Below are positions 10,460 through 20,167 of a DNA stretch of 64,000 nt, piece by piece. Position 1 is the stretch's first letter, and each line of letters starts with the position of its first letter. The stretch is from Clostridia bacterium (lineage in GTDB: Bacteria > Bacillota > Clostridia > UBA1212 > DUPL01). Below the pieces are notes generated by a model that was not told where the DNA came from, ran no database searches, and saw only the letters and a list, made by a program, of their open reading frames with translations. The stretch lies in the NCBI GenBank assembly GCA_050951325.1, contig JBMNIW010000012.1:448001-512000 (forward strand). The letters are read 5' to 3'. The position numbers were made by a program, and so were the translations under genes.

Positions 10460-11188
10460 TTAAGCCCTCATTGTTGAATGAGCAAGTCTAAAGCTTGGTC
10501 CATTATGCAATATTAAATAACCATGATGTACCATTCTGTCCAGAATTGCATTAGTTAGCTTTTCATCATAAAAGATAGTGTTCCATTCGTTAAAAGGTAG
10601 GTTTGTAGTAATTACTACACTACGTTGCTCATAGCATTCCGAAATTACCTCAAACAGTAACTGAGTACCAGTCTTTTCAAACGGGATATAGCCCCACTCA
10701 TCCAATATGACAAGTTTTGCATTTAAAAGCTTCTTCCAGATGCTCTCTAGATTCTTTGAGGCCATTGCCTCAACTAAATCGTTAACCAATCTACTAGTCT
10801 TGTAATAAGCAACTCTATTTCCTTTCCTGCAGGCTTCAACACCTATAGCGGTTGCTAAGTGAGTCTTTCCGGTTCCAGGCTTTCCAAAAAGTATTAAGTT
10901 CTGTTTATTTTCGATAAATGTACATTCTTTTAAATCGTCTACTGATAGCTCTTCAGGCAGTTGTACATAATCAAAGGAATAGTTGGCAAAGCTTTTAATT
11001 ACATCAAAACCAGCCTGTTTTAAATATCGGTTTTTACGTTCTATGTCTCTTTCTTCAACAACAACCCTCAGTAAACTTATTAAGAAATCTTCGTTAGTCT
11101 CAGCTTCTATTGTTTTGTATGCTTCGGCCATGTATGTTCCTAGTCTTAATTGCTTACAGAGCTCAAGTATTATTCTTTGCTTGCTCAT
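10460..11188 (-). CDS. istB: IS21 helper ATPase IstB
   Basis: GKPGTGKTHLA Walker A, VILDEWGY, TTNLPF, AILDRMVH. Confidence 0.95.
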   Translation of the reverse strand: MSKQRIILELCKQLRLGTYMAEAYKTIEAETNEDFLISLLRVVVEERDIERKNRYLKQAGFDVIKSFANYSFDYVQLPEELSVDDLKECTFIENKQNLILFGKPGTGKTHLATAIGVEACRKGNRVAYYKTSRLVNDLVEAMASKNLESIWKKLLNAKLVILDEWGYIPFEKTGTQLLFEVISECYEQRSVVITTNLPFNEWNTIFYDEKLTNAILDRMVHHGYLILHNGPSFRLAHSTMRA

Positions 11189-12701
11189 TATCCACACCCC
11201 TTTCTCGAACTAAAGACATATACGCTTGTAAATCTACTTTATACTCTGCATGTTTGGGAAACTTTACGTTTGTCTCGATATTAGCTTCAGGAAGCACAGG
11301 ATCGATTATGTACCTATATGCAGCTTGTATGCTTTCTGAGCTGTTTGCGCCTAAAGTTATTGCCTTATTGAAGAACTCCATTGCTTTTTCATAGCCTTCT
11401 ATCTCAGCTCGTTCTGCAAAGAACTTTAATGCTTTCTGTGCATCTGGTAGATCTGCTTGCTTAAAAAATTCTCTTGTTTCTTCTGGCAACTCCTCATAAA
11501 ACATTGTATACTTTAACGCCTTCGGTCTTTTTGCTATCAAAGGGAGATAGGTCTCCCACTTAATGGATTCTTGGTTTTTGCCATATAACCTTGGATGTTC
11601 AACAATTAACTCAGAATTAGCATTTAATATTCTGACAGACATAGCAGATACCTGTAGTATTACCTCACTCTGCCCGTAGTAACTGCTCGTGGAGTACAAA
11701 TTGGTTTCAAATTTTGCACGTCCGTATTTGTCAGTTTTAGCAAAAACAAATTTGCAAGCATCAAAGTCAATAGCTGGCAGTTCGTTCATTGCTGCTAAAT
11801 CCTCTTTGAAAAGGTCACATACTTGTCTTTCGTACTTGTAGTGTTCTCTTATCATATCACTTGAACATTTCTCTAAAAGAATCTTATTGTACTCGGATAA
11901 ATCCTCTATACGTGGCACAGGTACAAACATATTTCTTCGGCTTGTTCCAACATAATTCTCGGCAGATCCTTTTTCATGACCAGAGTTTGGGTTGCAAAAA
12001 TTGCTTTTAAAGCCATAATGGCACATTAGTCTCTTGAAGCCATCAGTGACTTCTCTTTCTCCGTACGATTTAATTCTTTTTACTGCTGTACTCATGTTAT
12101 CAAAACGAATTATTGTAGGCACCTTGCCTAGATACTCAAAGACATTTTTGAGTCCCTGCATCAAGCACTCTAAATTTTCACCTTTAAACAGCTGGACAAA
12201 CTTGCCATCTGAATGAGGAAATGTTACTACTAAATGATGTCCTTCATAAAGTATTCCCTTTTCGTAAAATTCAGTTTTCCCAAAGTCGACTTGTGCCTCA
12301 CCTGCAGGATGCTCAAGGGGTAAATGAGTATTTTTTATTTCTTTTATTTCTTGCCTAATATCAGCAACGAGAGTACGTATAGCGCGTTCAGATACATTAA
12401 ACTCTTCACCTTCTTTTAAAGCTTCTTCCTTTAATCTGGTGTAAACCCGATGTGCTGTATGACGTTGCTTTGGAGGGGCAGATAGATCATCCGTAAGCCA
12501 TTGTTTCACTCTTTCTCGATATTTAGATGTCTTGCCGCTACGCTTAACCTTTACAGGAACCTTGGGACTAAAGTCCTCCATTTCTACGTATTTCTTTACA
12601 GTCTCAAAATCGTGTTTTGTCTCCCTTGCAATCTGCCTCAAACTCTTTCCTTCATTTTTATACATATTTCTGATATTATATATTTGCTCCATTGTTAACA
12701 T
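11163..12701 (-). CDS. istA: IS21 DDE transposase IstA
   Basis: N-terminal HTH (SLRQIARE), AQVDFG, FDNM, GHEKGSAE. Confidence 0.95.
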   Translation of the reverse strand: MLTMEQIYNIRNMYKNEGKSLRQIARETKHDFETVKKYVEMEDFSPKVPVKVKRSGKTSKYRERVKQWLTDDLSAPPKQRHTAHRVYTRLKEEALKEGEEFNVSERAIRTLVADIRQEIKEIKNTHLPLEHPAGEAQVDFGKTEFYEKGILYEGHHLVVTFPHSDGKFVQLFKGENLECLMQGLKNVFEYLGKVPTIIRFDNMSTAVKRIKSYGEREVTDGFKRLMCHYGFKSNFCNPNSGHEKGSAENYVGTSRRNMFVPVPRIEDLSEYNKILLEKCSSDMIREHYKYERQVCDLFKEDLAAMNELPAIDFDACKFVFAKTDKYGRAKFETNLYSTSSYYGQSEVILQVSAMSVRILNANSELIVEHPRLYGKNQESIKWETYLPLIAKRPKALKYTMFYEELPEETREFFKQADLPDAQKALKFFAERAEIEGYEKAMEFFNKAITLGANSSESIQAAYRYIIDPVLPEANIETNVKFPKHAEYKVDLQAYMSLVRERGVDNEQAKNNT

Positions 12702-13019
12702 CTCCTTTATCTCTTTTCAGTTTAGTCACTAAAAGGATATATTATCTCGAGGTGCGAAGCAATGGAGTTTTACTTTTCCAAACTGCTCGGATTCTTAACT
12801 TCCGGAGTGCTGGGATTCTAGTCTACCATAAACAGTAAACTTATTTTTTTATCATTCAACATAGAATCTCTCCAAATTTATTTGTTTATGTTATGGCAAA
12901 ATTATTAATAACCCTTAATTAATATTATCACACTGAGTCGTATTATATAAAGAATGCGACTTACGCATTCTATTATAGAGTTTTTGAAATTATCTCTAAT
13001 TAACATAGATTTCATTGTT

Positions 13020-13460
13020 TCAATTTAAGTTTTTGAAAAAACTATATCCTTTAATATAGTAACCATTTTTCTTATAAAACTCATGTGCTTCTTTACGGTC
13101 AATTCCGCTATTCAATGTAATTGCAGTTGCACCTTCATCTATTGCCCATTTTTCTGCTGATTCTAATAATTTTGTTCCAATCCCTTTACCTCTATATTGT
13201 TCGTTAACTACCAAAGCAATAATTCTTACATATTCTCCATCAAACTCATATGCATATAATTTACATAAACCAATAAAACCAACAACTTTTCTATCCACTT
13301 CTGCAACAAGTGTATTATAGCATTTACTTGAATTAATTCTCGATAATCTTTCTGATACATTCTTTATAGACGATGGATAGCCTAATTCTTTAATTAACTC
13401 TGTCAGTTTCCCAAAATCATCATCAATTATTTTTCTAATATGAACTTCTATTTGACTCAT
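13020..13460 (-). CDS. GNAT family N-acetyltransferase
   Basis: YRGKGIGTKLL acetyl-CoA motif and AHEFYKKNGY; GGAGG RBS before ATG at 13460. Confidence 0.9.
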   Translation of the reverse strand: MSQIEVHIRKIIDDDFGKLTELIKELGYPSSIKNVSERLSRINSSKCYNTLVAEVDRKVVGFIGLCKLYAYEFDGEYVRIIALVVNEQYRGKGIGTKLLESAEKWAIDEGATAITLNSGIDRKEAHEFYKKNGYYIKGYSFFKNLN

Positions 13461-13637
13461 TTTACTAACCTCCAGTAAAAACCTCTTGTTGCACTTTATT
13501 TTACTAATGCGTACCATATACCTTTATTTTACACCACTTCATCTATAAAAACATCTATATTTTATAACCCATATCCAAAAATCCCCAACGCCAATAGATA
13601 AACTTTAAATATCGATTATACTTAAATGTGAATGAAT

Positions 13638-14400
13638 AACTTTATTTCATTTTATTAGAACTATATCGGTTATAATTTTTTTTCAAAATTATTATGCTCC
13701 CATTTTGGAAACAGAAAATGCAACGTATGTTCTATAGGAAATGCAAAAAAATTCCTTACATGGACTCCCTGCAATTACCAATCATCTTATACCCTAAACC
13801 CATATGAAATCTCGTATTTCCAATGCTTCCCTTGTTCCTTTCACCTTTCAATATCACAACTTTATTTTATTATAAAAGAACTTTAACATCCTTAAAAATG
13901 TCTTTCCTTTTTTTAAAATTTCTTCTTCATCATTTCTGAAACAGAAAAATATACCAAGTTCTTATAAAAATAAAATAAAGTCCTAATTCCTTTTCCCTTT
14001 TATCCCCATTCCCCTTGTATTTTATATACTTTATCCCCATTCTTGTATCAAGAAATGTGGTTAAAACCTTAATCTAAGGACTTTATTTTCTTTTTGTAAC
14101 TACTTTTCTGTCATGAAAGAACTTTTCTGTTTCTAAAATTTTTACCCATATGAATTTTAGAAACAGAAAAAAATCGCTATGTTATATAGCAAAAGCAAAT
14201 AAAGTCCTATTACAAATTTCCTTTAATCCCCATTTATCTTGTGTCTTGGAACTCTATTAACTCCAGTATTTTCAACACTTTCCCTTATTCCTTATTCCTG
14301 TAAATAAAACTACTTTATTTCATTTTCTTTTCCATTCAATCTTCCAATCCATTGATTTATCTTAATTTCGGCCTTGCTCCTTATTCCTTATCCCTTAAAA
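13638..14400. repeat. Degenerate tandem array of three ~220-bp units, each containing a ~120-130 bp imperfect palindrome
   Basis: GAAACAGAAAA at 13708, 13938 and 14160; palindrome arms ACTTTATTT...AAATAAAGT; perfect 18-bp inner stem 14123-14140/14153-14170. Confidence 0.75.
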
Positions 14401-14498
14401 CTAATACATAAAAAACATGGCCTACAGGACATTCTTTTGCCCTAATAAACCATGTTTTCTGATACAACTTTATTTACTCCGTTTCATACATTTGAAAA

Positions 14499-15971
14499 AT
14501 GAAAGGAGTTTATTTGATTTATACAGTAGAGTATGCAGAAAGCAACGGGTGGCGATATGATATTTATGAAGAAAAGGTAATGTCAGGGGAAAATTTGGAA
14601 GGTAGACCTGTTATACAAGAATTATTGACTGAAATTGAGAAACATAAATATGACGCTGTCCTCGTAATTCATCCAGATAGACTCAGTCGCGGAGGTAGTA
14701 GGGATTTTGGATTGATTACAAGCGTTTTTAAATATGCCAATACATACCTTTTAACTCCACAAAGAAGTTATGATTTATCGGATTCCAGTGATGCTTTAGT
14801 ACTTGGAATTGAAGGTGTCATGTCAAACACAGAACTAAATCTAATCAAAAGCCGTTTCAAATGGGGAAAAATTCAGAGTGTAAAAAAAGGGCGACTTAGC
14901 AATGGAAACCCGCCCTATCCGTACGAAAAAATTCGAAAAATTATTGAGGATGAGAAAGGTAGAGTGAGAGTAGATTTTGACATCATAGTAAATCCGGAAA
15001 AAAACCAAGTATACCAAAGAATAAAACAGATGTATCTCAGGGGAATGGGAACTGAAAGAATTGCTTTTAAACTAAATCGTGAAAATATACCTAGCCCTGG
15101 TGGAAAAACATGGAGTTCTAACACCATCCAAAGACTTCTAGTGCATGAATTCCATATGGGAAAAATAGTATATGGTAAGTATGAATGGAAGAAAAAACCT
15201 CTTTCTGGAGATAGAGAGGTAATAAAAAGAGATGAAGATGAATGGATAATCGGATATGGAAATCATGAAAAACTAAAAACCGAAGAAGAGCACACAGCAA
15301 TCTTGGAAATAATGGGTAGAAATAGAAAAATCCCTCACCGTGCGAGACATGGAGTATATCCAACAAGCGGTTTATTAACATGCAAACTTTGTGGAAGAAC
15401 AATGACTTATAGTCGTGGCAGGAAGGAAGTAAAAACAGGAAAAACGTATGATTATACAAAGTGTTATTATCACAGACCAACTGGAGAAAAATGTCCACAG
15501 CGAGGAGTAAAGATGACAGAAGAGTTTTATGAAAAATTGTATAATACTATAGTTAATAGTTATCTAGACAAAGAAAGAATCAAACAAATTAGTCAAAACC
15601 AAGAAGAGAAGAAAAATATAGAGAAACAAATAAAGACGAAACAAGCCGAATTAGAAAAACATGAAAATGCCCTTAAACTTGCAAGAGAAAAATTAGAAGA
15701 AGGCGTATATAGCGATGAAGACTTTTTGGATGCAAAAAAAAGAAGGCAACCTCAAATTACAAAACTGCGTAAAGAAATTATTCAATTTAAGAACAAACGC
15801 TTCACTGCTTACTCTGATGAAGAATTAGAAAAACTTATAGAGAATTTTAAATGTAACTGGCATAACGCAGTCACAGATAAAGAAAAAAATCAATTACTTA
15901 AGACAATAGTTAAGAAAATTTACTACAATCGTGAAGGTAATACTGTGACTTTTGAAATTGAGTATCTGTAA
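14499..15971 (+). CDS. Large serine recombinase, N-terminal catalytic motif missing
   Basis: SG...RP and DRLSR of the resolvase domain, recombinase domain, zinc ribbon (LLTCKLCG...C...C), coiled coil, KNQLLKTIVKKIYY tail; no YxRxS at the start. Confidence 0.88.
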   Translation: MKGVYLIYTVEYAESNGWRYDIYEEKVMSGENLEGRPVIQELLTEIEKHKYDAVLVIHPDRLSRGGSRDFGLITSVFKYANTYLLTPQRSYDLSDSSDALVLGIEGVMSNTELNLIKSRFKWGKIQSVKKGRLSNGNPPYPYEKIRKIIEDEKGRVRVDFDIIVNPEKNQVYQRIKQMYLRGMGTERIAFKLNRENIPSPGGKTWSSNTIQRLLVHEFHMGKIVYGKYEWKKKPLSGDREVIKRDEDEWIIGYGNHEKLKTEEEHTAILEIMGRNRKIPHRARHGVYPTSGLLTCKLCGRTMTYSRGRKEVKTGKTYDYTKCYYHRPTGEKCPQRGVKMTEEFYEKLYNTIVNSYLDKERIKQISQNQEEKKNIEKQIKTKQAELEKHENALKLAREKLEEGVYSDEDFLDAKKRRQPQITKLRKEIIQFKNKRFTAYSDEELEKLIENFKCNWHNAVTDKEKNQLLKTIVKKIYYNREGNTVTFEIEYL

Positions 15972-16022
15972 AAACGTCTATACCCCTTAAAAATGGCCGT
16001 TTTAAATACTCATTAATTGCTG

Positions 16023-16211
16023 TTATTTGCAGACTTGACACCAGTGACAGGTGCTATAACCAATTGACAGAAATACTGGTTTGTTTTCCAGTTTTGCCTT
16101 TTCAAAGGCTTTATCGCACCAGGGATACCAGTCGATGGGATTATATGCATGCTGCAGTAAGTAGGGAGATTTCTCGTGGATAAGTCTATTGGCTTGCTTG
16201 TTAGTTGACAT
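16023..16211 (-). pseudogene. 5' fragment of yyaL/DUF255 thioredoxin-domain gene (copy 1), truncated after CHWC
   Basis: [24 protein letters not shown]...[13 protein letters not shown] followed by a stop; GGAGG RBS. Confidence 0.88.
16027..16053. other. Putative LSR attachment junction (att-like), copy 1
   Basis: TTGCAGACTTGACACCAGTGACAGGTG matches 20193-20219 at 25/27; identity extends past the point where yyaL coding is lost. Confidence 0.6.
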
Positions 16212-16716
16212 CGGAACCACCTCCTATTGTTTATGATAATTGCACTATACGCTGTTTATGACATTATTTGGTATGAGCTGGATTCGTATATATTATACAA
16301 TACGCTATAAATTTTGGCATAATGTCTTATGCAAGAGGAACTGCTGTGTTGTTGAGTTAGCATGCTTCTTATTGATTCTGTTGAATTAAACACTTGAATC
16401 CTCTCCTTCATTATTATACAGTAAAACTCCCTTGTTTATACCCTGCTGCACTATTTCGAATACACTTTCTTCTTTACAAGCACATATGTTCAATATATTT
16501 CGCACCACGTCTTCTTTTTTTTCCTCGGCTTCTCGCAAGAAACTTTGCAATAACTTGGGCGTCGAGTGCCTTGTTGATGGTGCCACGATTACCTTTATCT
16601 ATTCAAATTTTATGTAAGAGGACTTTTGTTGACATCTTAATCATAGACTGAACTATAGTTAAGCTTGTAGTGGGGAGAGGTTCCGGTCCGTTAGTGAACA
16701 AAGTTCTAATTTTACT

Positions 16717-16758
16717 CCAAATTGATTAATTGTAATAAATAGCAATTAATCAATTTGG
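16717..16758. repeat. Perfect 16-bp inverted repeat
   Basis: CCAAATTGATTAATTG-N10-CAATTAATCAATTTGG. Confidence 0.8.
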
Positions 16759-16957
16759 TATTGTTACAAGGACGAGGACGACTCACCTCTTGGTGGGGTT
16801 TTCTTCTACCATCTTTTGTGTTAATCTATAAACGTTCCTCTTTAACCTTGATGTTTCTCCAGAGTTCGCCTTGTTCCTTTAAATATTGCAGTTCATTAAA
16901 AATTGGAGTTATTTCATGAAATAACTTTCTGAACAAGGAATTCCAAACCACAACTCG

Positions 16958-17164
16958 GAGCGGGGCCGGGTATGCCATAATCAACATCATCAACTTGTAC
17001 CTGGTGGGCAAAATGGAAAGCAGCGTGTTTTTCCCGGCATACAACGGACTGGTCATACTCGCCACAACAGTCGCAGGATCAATGTTTTTTAAGGAGAAAC
17101 TAACAACCCGCCAGTACGTAAGCATAGTTGTTGGCATACTTGGGGTTGTTCTGGTAAACATATG
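16958..17164 (+). pseudogene. C-terminal fragment of an EamA/DMT transporter
   Basis: SGAGYAIINIINLYLVGKMESSVFFPAYNGLVILATTVAGSMFFKEKLTTRQYVSIVVGILGVVLVNI*; no start. Confidence 0.7.
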
Positions 17165-17201
17165 AAAAAGGGCCGTTGACATTAGCAACAGCCCAGCAAC
17201 T

Positions 17202-18029
17202 TTATTTCTTCATGCTTTCCATGTACTTATCGTAGCATTGCTGCCATTTCTCAAACTCCTGTTTAAAGTAATCATTCATGAAAACATAATTGGATTCACC
17301 TGTTTCATTATCTTCCGTGTAGCACAATCCAACGCCATTATCAAACTTGAAGGTAACAGTACGTTTGTCGGTAACATATTGGATGTACGGGTTTGCGCTG
17401 GAAGGCGAGTAAACATCAGGATATCCAATCAAACCAAACAACTCATCCTGGGACAACCCGGCCAGCTTGCTCAATTCCTCGTCGGAGCTGAGTATGGTAT
17501 ACCTTAATTCGTCTTTTTCCTGGATGAGCTTCCTTACATCTTCAATATTTAAAGCATTACGGATTTCCATAATGTAAAACCCTTCACTATCCGTGCCCAG
17601 ACGAGCCAGTTTGCCAAGCTTGCCGTCATTGAAGACAAGCAAACTTGCGCCCTTGGAATATATCCACACATTGTCAAGTTCGTATTCCGGATCACCAAGA
17701 AGCTTGTGCACATCTTCCTTTGACAAGCCATCATGCAAAACCGGTTCACTCTTGAAATCAACACAAGTATCCAAATCCATGCTTGACAGCACATGATTTA
17801 GGACTGTCAAATCACATTCTTCGCCGGCATGGAGTTCAACATCCAACTCTTCTAACAGCGTGTTCAGTTGTTCCACAGAAACAGTATCATCGTACTTCCC
17901 GGCAGTGTCTTCCATTTCCATATCTTGACCGGACTGCCCGGCCGAAAACGGAAGGTTACTGTAAGATACTGCCAAGACCAATACAACAACGAATGATACA
18001 GCAACCAACAGAAGATACCCTTTTTTCAT
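17202..18029 (-). CDS. Secreted or membrane-anchored hypothetical protein with two SmpA/BamE-like motifs
   Basis: Signal-like N-terminus; GLSKEDVHKLLGDP and GLSQDELFGLIGYP. Confidence 0.6.
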   Translation of the reverse strand: MKKGYLLLVAVSFVVVLVLAVSYSNLPFSAGQSGQDMEMEDTAGKYDDTVSVEQLNTLLEELDVELHAGEECDLTVLNHVLSSMDLDTCVDFKSEPVLHDGLSKEDVHKLLGDPEYELDNVWIYSKGASLLVFNDGKLGKLARLGTDSEGFYIMEIRNALNIEDVRKLIQEKDELRYTILSSDEELSKLAGLSQDELFGLIGYPDVYSPSSANPYIQYVTDKRTVTFKFDNGVGLCYTEDNETGESNYVFMNDYFKQEFEKWQQCYDKYMESMKK

Positions 18030-18047
18030 ATATCATTCTCCTTTCTA

Positions 18048-18521
18048 TTAAGATTTTACTATTGATAATGTATAGTCTCCATTATTGCCACTACTGACAC
18101 CTAGTATTTTGAGTTTATATAACTTTCCAGGACTTAAAGCTACTTGCATGTAAACGCCACTACTAGACTGCATAAAAGTCTTTCCTTCATATAACACACC
18201 ATATAAACCATTATTACCATATGTCCGTATAACATAGACGCCAGCTTCATTTACCATAAACTCGTACCAATCAATGTCCCCTTGCCAACAATACCTATCT
18301 GAATCCGGTTCACTTGCACCAGTATTAGGTAGAACTATGTTCCAATATTCAATACTACCCGAGACAATAGCAGGTGAGGAAGATGAAATCAACGACAAAG
18401 AATTGCTCATTGACGCAATGTCACCAGCATTATCCCATTTATACATATCATTTGATGATCTTTTTCCATCATGAATTACTGCATCAATTCGTATCTTATA
18501 GTAAGACAAACTGATTAACAT
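18048..18521 (-). pseudogene. Probable C-terminal fragment of an extracellular protein (PPC-like beta domain)
   Basis: GDIDWYEF...GVYVIRTYG...LSPGKLYKLKI...GDYTLSI; no signal peptide or RBS. Confidence 0.45.
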
Positions 18522-18657
18522 GTTTTTTCATATTAAACTTCACCTCACTTACCATAATAGCTAATTCCATTAAATTGTAAACATATGTTATTTGAACTTT
18601 TTGTTAATATTTTTAAATGTATACAACCTATCTATTGCCCGGCATGTACATAAAACA

Positions 18658-18690
18658 GAACCGGCAGGTGATTTCCCACCTGCCTGCTTC
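18658..18690 (-). terminator. Hairpin downstream of the glycoside hydrolase fragment
   Basis: GGCAGGTG-N6-CACCTGCC. Confidence 0.5.
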
Positions 18691-18719
18691 ATTCCATCGT
18701 ACATTCCGCGACTCTCCCA

Positions 18720-19745
18720 TTAACTCCTGTAAACATAATTCAGCCTGCCATAAGGTGCTGTATCGCCATTAAGATAAAAATCCTCTATTGTCCAGTCACC
18801 GGCTATTCCATCCGCCCATTTGAATTGGAACTCAAAAGGAGTTTTTTCAAGCCCAATAAGCTTTCTTGGCACCATAAGCATCATCTCACTGCCTTCGTGC
18901 TTCATAGGGGCCCTGCCTATTGGCACGAACCTCCACGCTCCAAGGCTTTTGTAAACTATGGAGTTGTCCCCATCCACCAGCTCAAGATTCGCCGCATACT
19001 GGTACCTTTCCCATCCTATGAAGTCATTCCCTTCTACATGCAGGAACAACCTCCTCCATGGTGTGAAAGAATACCTCTGCATCCTGTCGAAAGTGCTTAC
19101 ATAGAAATACACATTCTCGTCATCGTAACAGATCTTCATTCTGTCAATGTCGTTCCTGCCGGTGTCATTCACGTACCTGTCTCCCCCTACGCCGAAATGA
19201 TCCCTGTGGCAGTTCCCAAAAGGAAGGTCATGGAACGTTGGCTCCACATCCTCCCACTGGGCAAACTGGCCATGAATATCGATGGTCTTCCTCATTCCGG
19301 GTTTTACTTCGTCCATACCTTTAAACCTGCGGACGTAATCGACAAGCTGCATGTAATAATCGTCAAAATGTCCATCGCGCATGGGCTCGATATCCCTGCT
19401 GAACTCCTGGTTTGCCTGGTCTATGAACGTGACAGGTCTCTCCTTTGAGCCACGGACCCTTCCCATGGTCCATTCATTCCATCCGGTCACGAAGATGATC
19501 CTTGGGTCCTGCTCCATCGCGTACTCCCACTGCTCCGCAATGTTGAATCCCCAGTTCAGGGCACCCTTGGTCCTGTCGTTGTATCCATCATGGAAAGCCC
19601 TTCCACGGTTCCTGACTTCTCCATACATCGCCGAATCCCCAAACTTTATCTGTGGATGCTGAGCAACGGAAACACTGATGATTTCGGGATTGCCGTCCTT
19701 GTCCCTGAATACATGCTGCGGACGCTCAAATGCAATCCAGTGGCA
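18720..19745 (-). pseudogene. 5'-truncated GH99/GH71-like glycoside hydrolase
   Basis: VTGWNEW and SRDIEPMRDGHFDDYY resemble ORF 27171-28430; frame open upstream of Met 19628 to ~19745, then lost; visibly higher GC than flanks. Confidence 0.65.
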
Positions 19746-19810
19746 CGCAACAGGTTAATGTTGATGACACCGTAGTCCTGTAGGCCGCCCTGCAGCAACA
19801 TAGGGATCAG

Positions 19811-20137
19811 ATGGGAAAGGAGTATAAAGCCCTAGACAATCTATTGATAATGCGTGAGGATGGGGAGATCGATAAAGAGACATTTTTAAGGCGAAAAGAA
19901 ATTAGGGAGACAAACATAAAAGTGATAAAAGAAAAAATAAATGAACTCGAGGAGAGAATTAAGAGAAGCCAGGCCATGGATGATAAAAGGCGACTGGCTA
20001 ATATTGAAAACTTTTTTACAAAATGGGAACAGACAGATAGCATTGAATTGAAAAATCAGTTTTTGAGAATGATTATCGACAACATTATCTATAAAAGAGA
20101 GTGAGATGAGATTGAGAACGTTGTAAATTTTTGTTAG
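19811..20137 (+). pseudogene. C-terminal remnant of a second large serine recombinase
   Basis: EDGEIDKETF...KNQFLRMIIDNIIYKRE*DEIENVVNFC parallels EEGVYSDEDF...KNQLLKTIVKKIYYNREGNTVTFEIEYL of 14499-15971. Confidence 0.75.
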
Positions 20138-20167
20138 GCGTATAGCGCAGGGACGGAACGCTTGATA

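Larger units (their letters stand above)
10049..12834 (-). mobile_element. IS21-family insertion sequence
   Basis: istA-istB pair; TG...CA ends with imperfect inverted repeats (TGTGTTTGGTA / TGTTTATGGTA) and internal repeated CGGAAGTTAA motifs at both ends; left end is 10049 or 10051; no target duplication seen. Confidence 0.9.

Noticed and set aside
13638-14400. CRISPR array
   Set aside because: Units are ~220 bp and degenerate, with related rather than unique spacers, and no cas genes are in the window
16225-16270. Sporulation sigma (SigE/G/K) promoter upstream of the yyaL fragment
   Set aside because: CATA boxes are present, but their spacing does not fit the consensus well enough to call
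16386-16651. Three short overlapping ORFs
   Set aside because: No RBS or motif support; cannot choose a real frame
16826-17188. 120-aa minus-strand ORF
   Set aside because: The plus strand encodes a recognisable EamA tail here
18825-19448. 207-aa plus-strand ORF
   Set aside because: Antisense shadow of the glycoside hydrolase fragment
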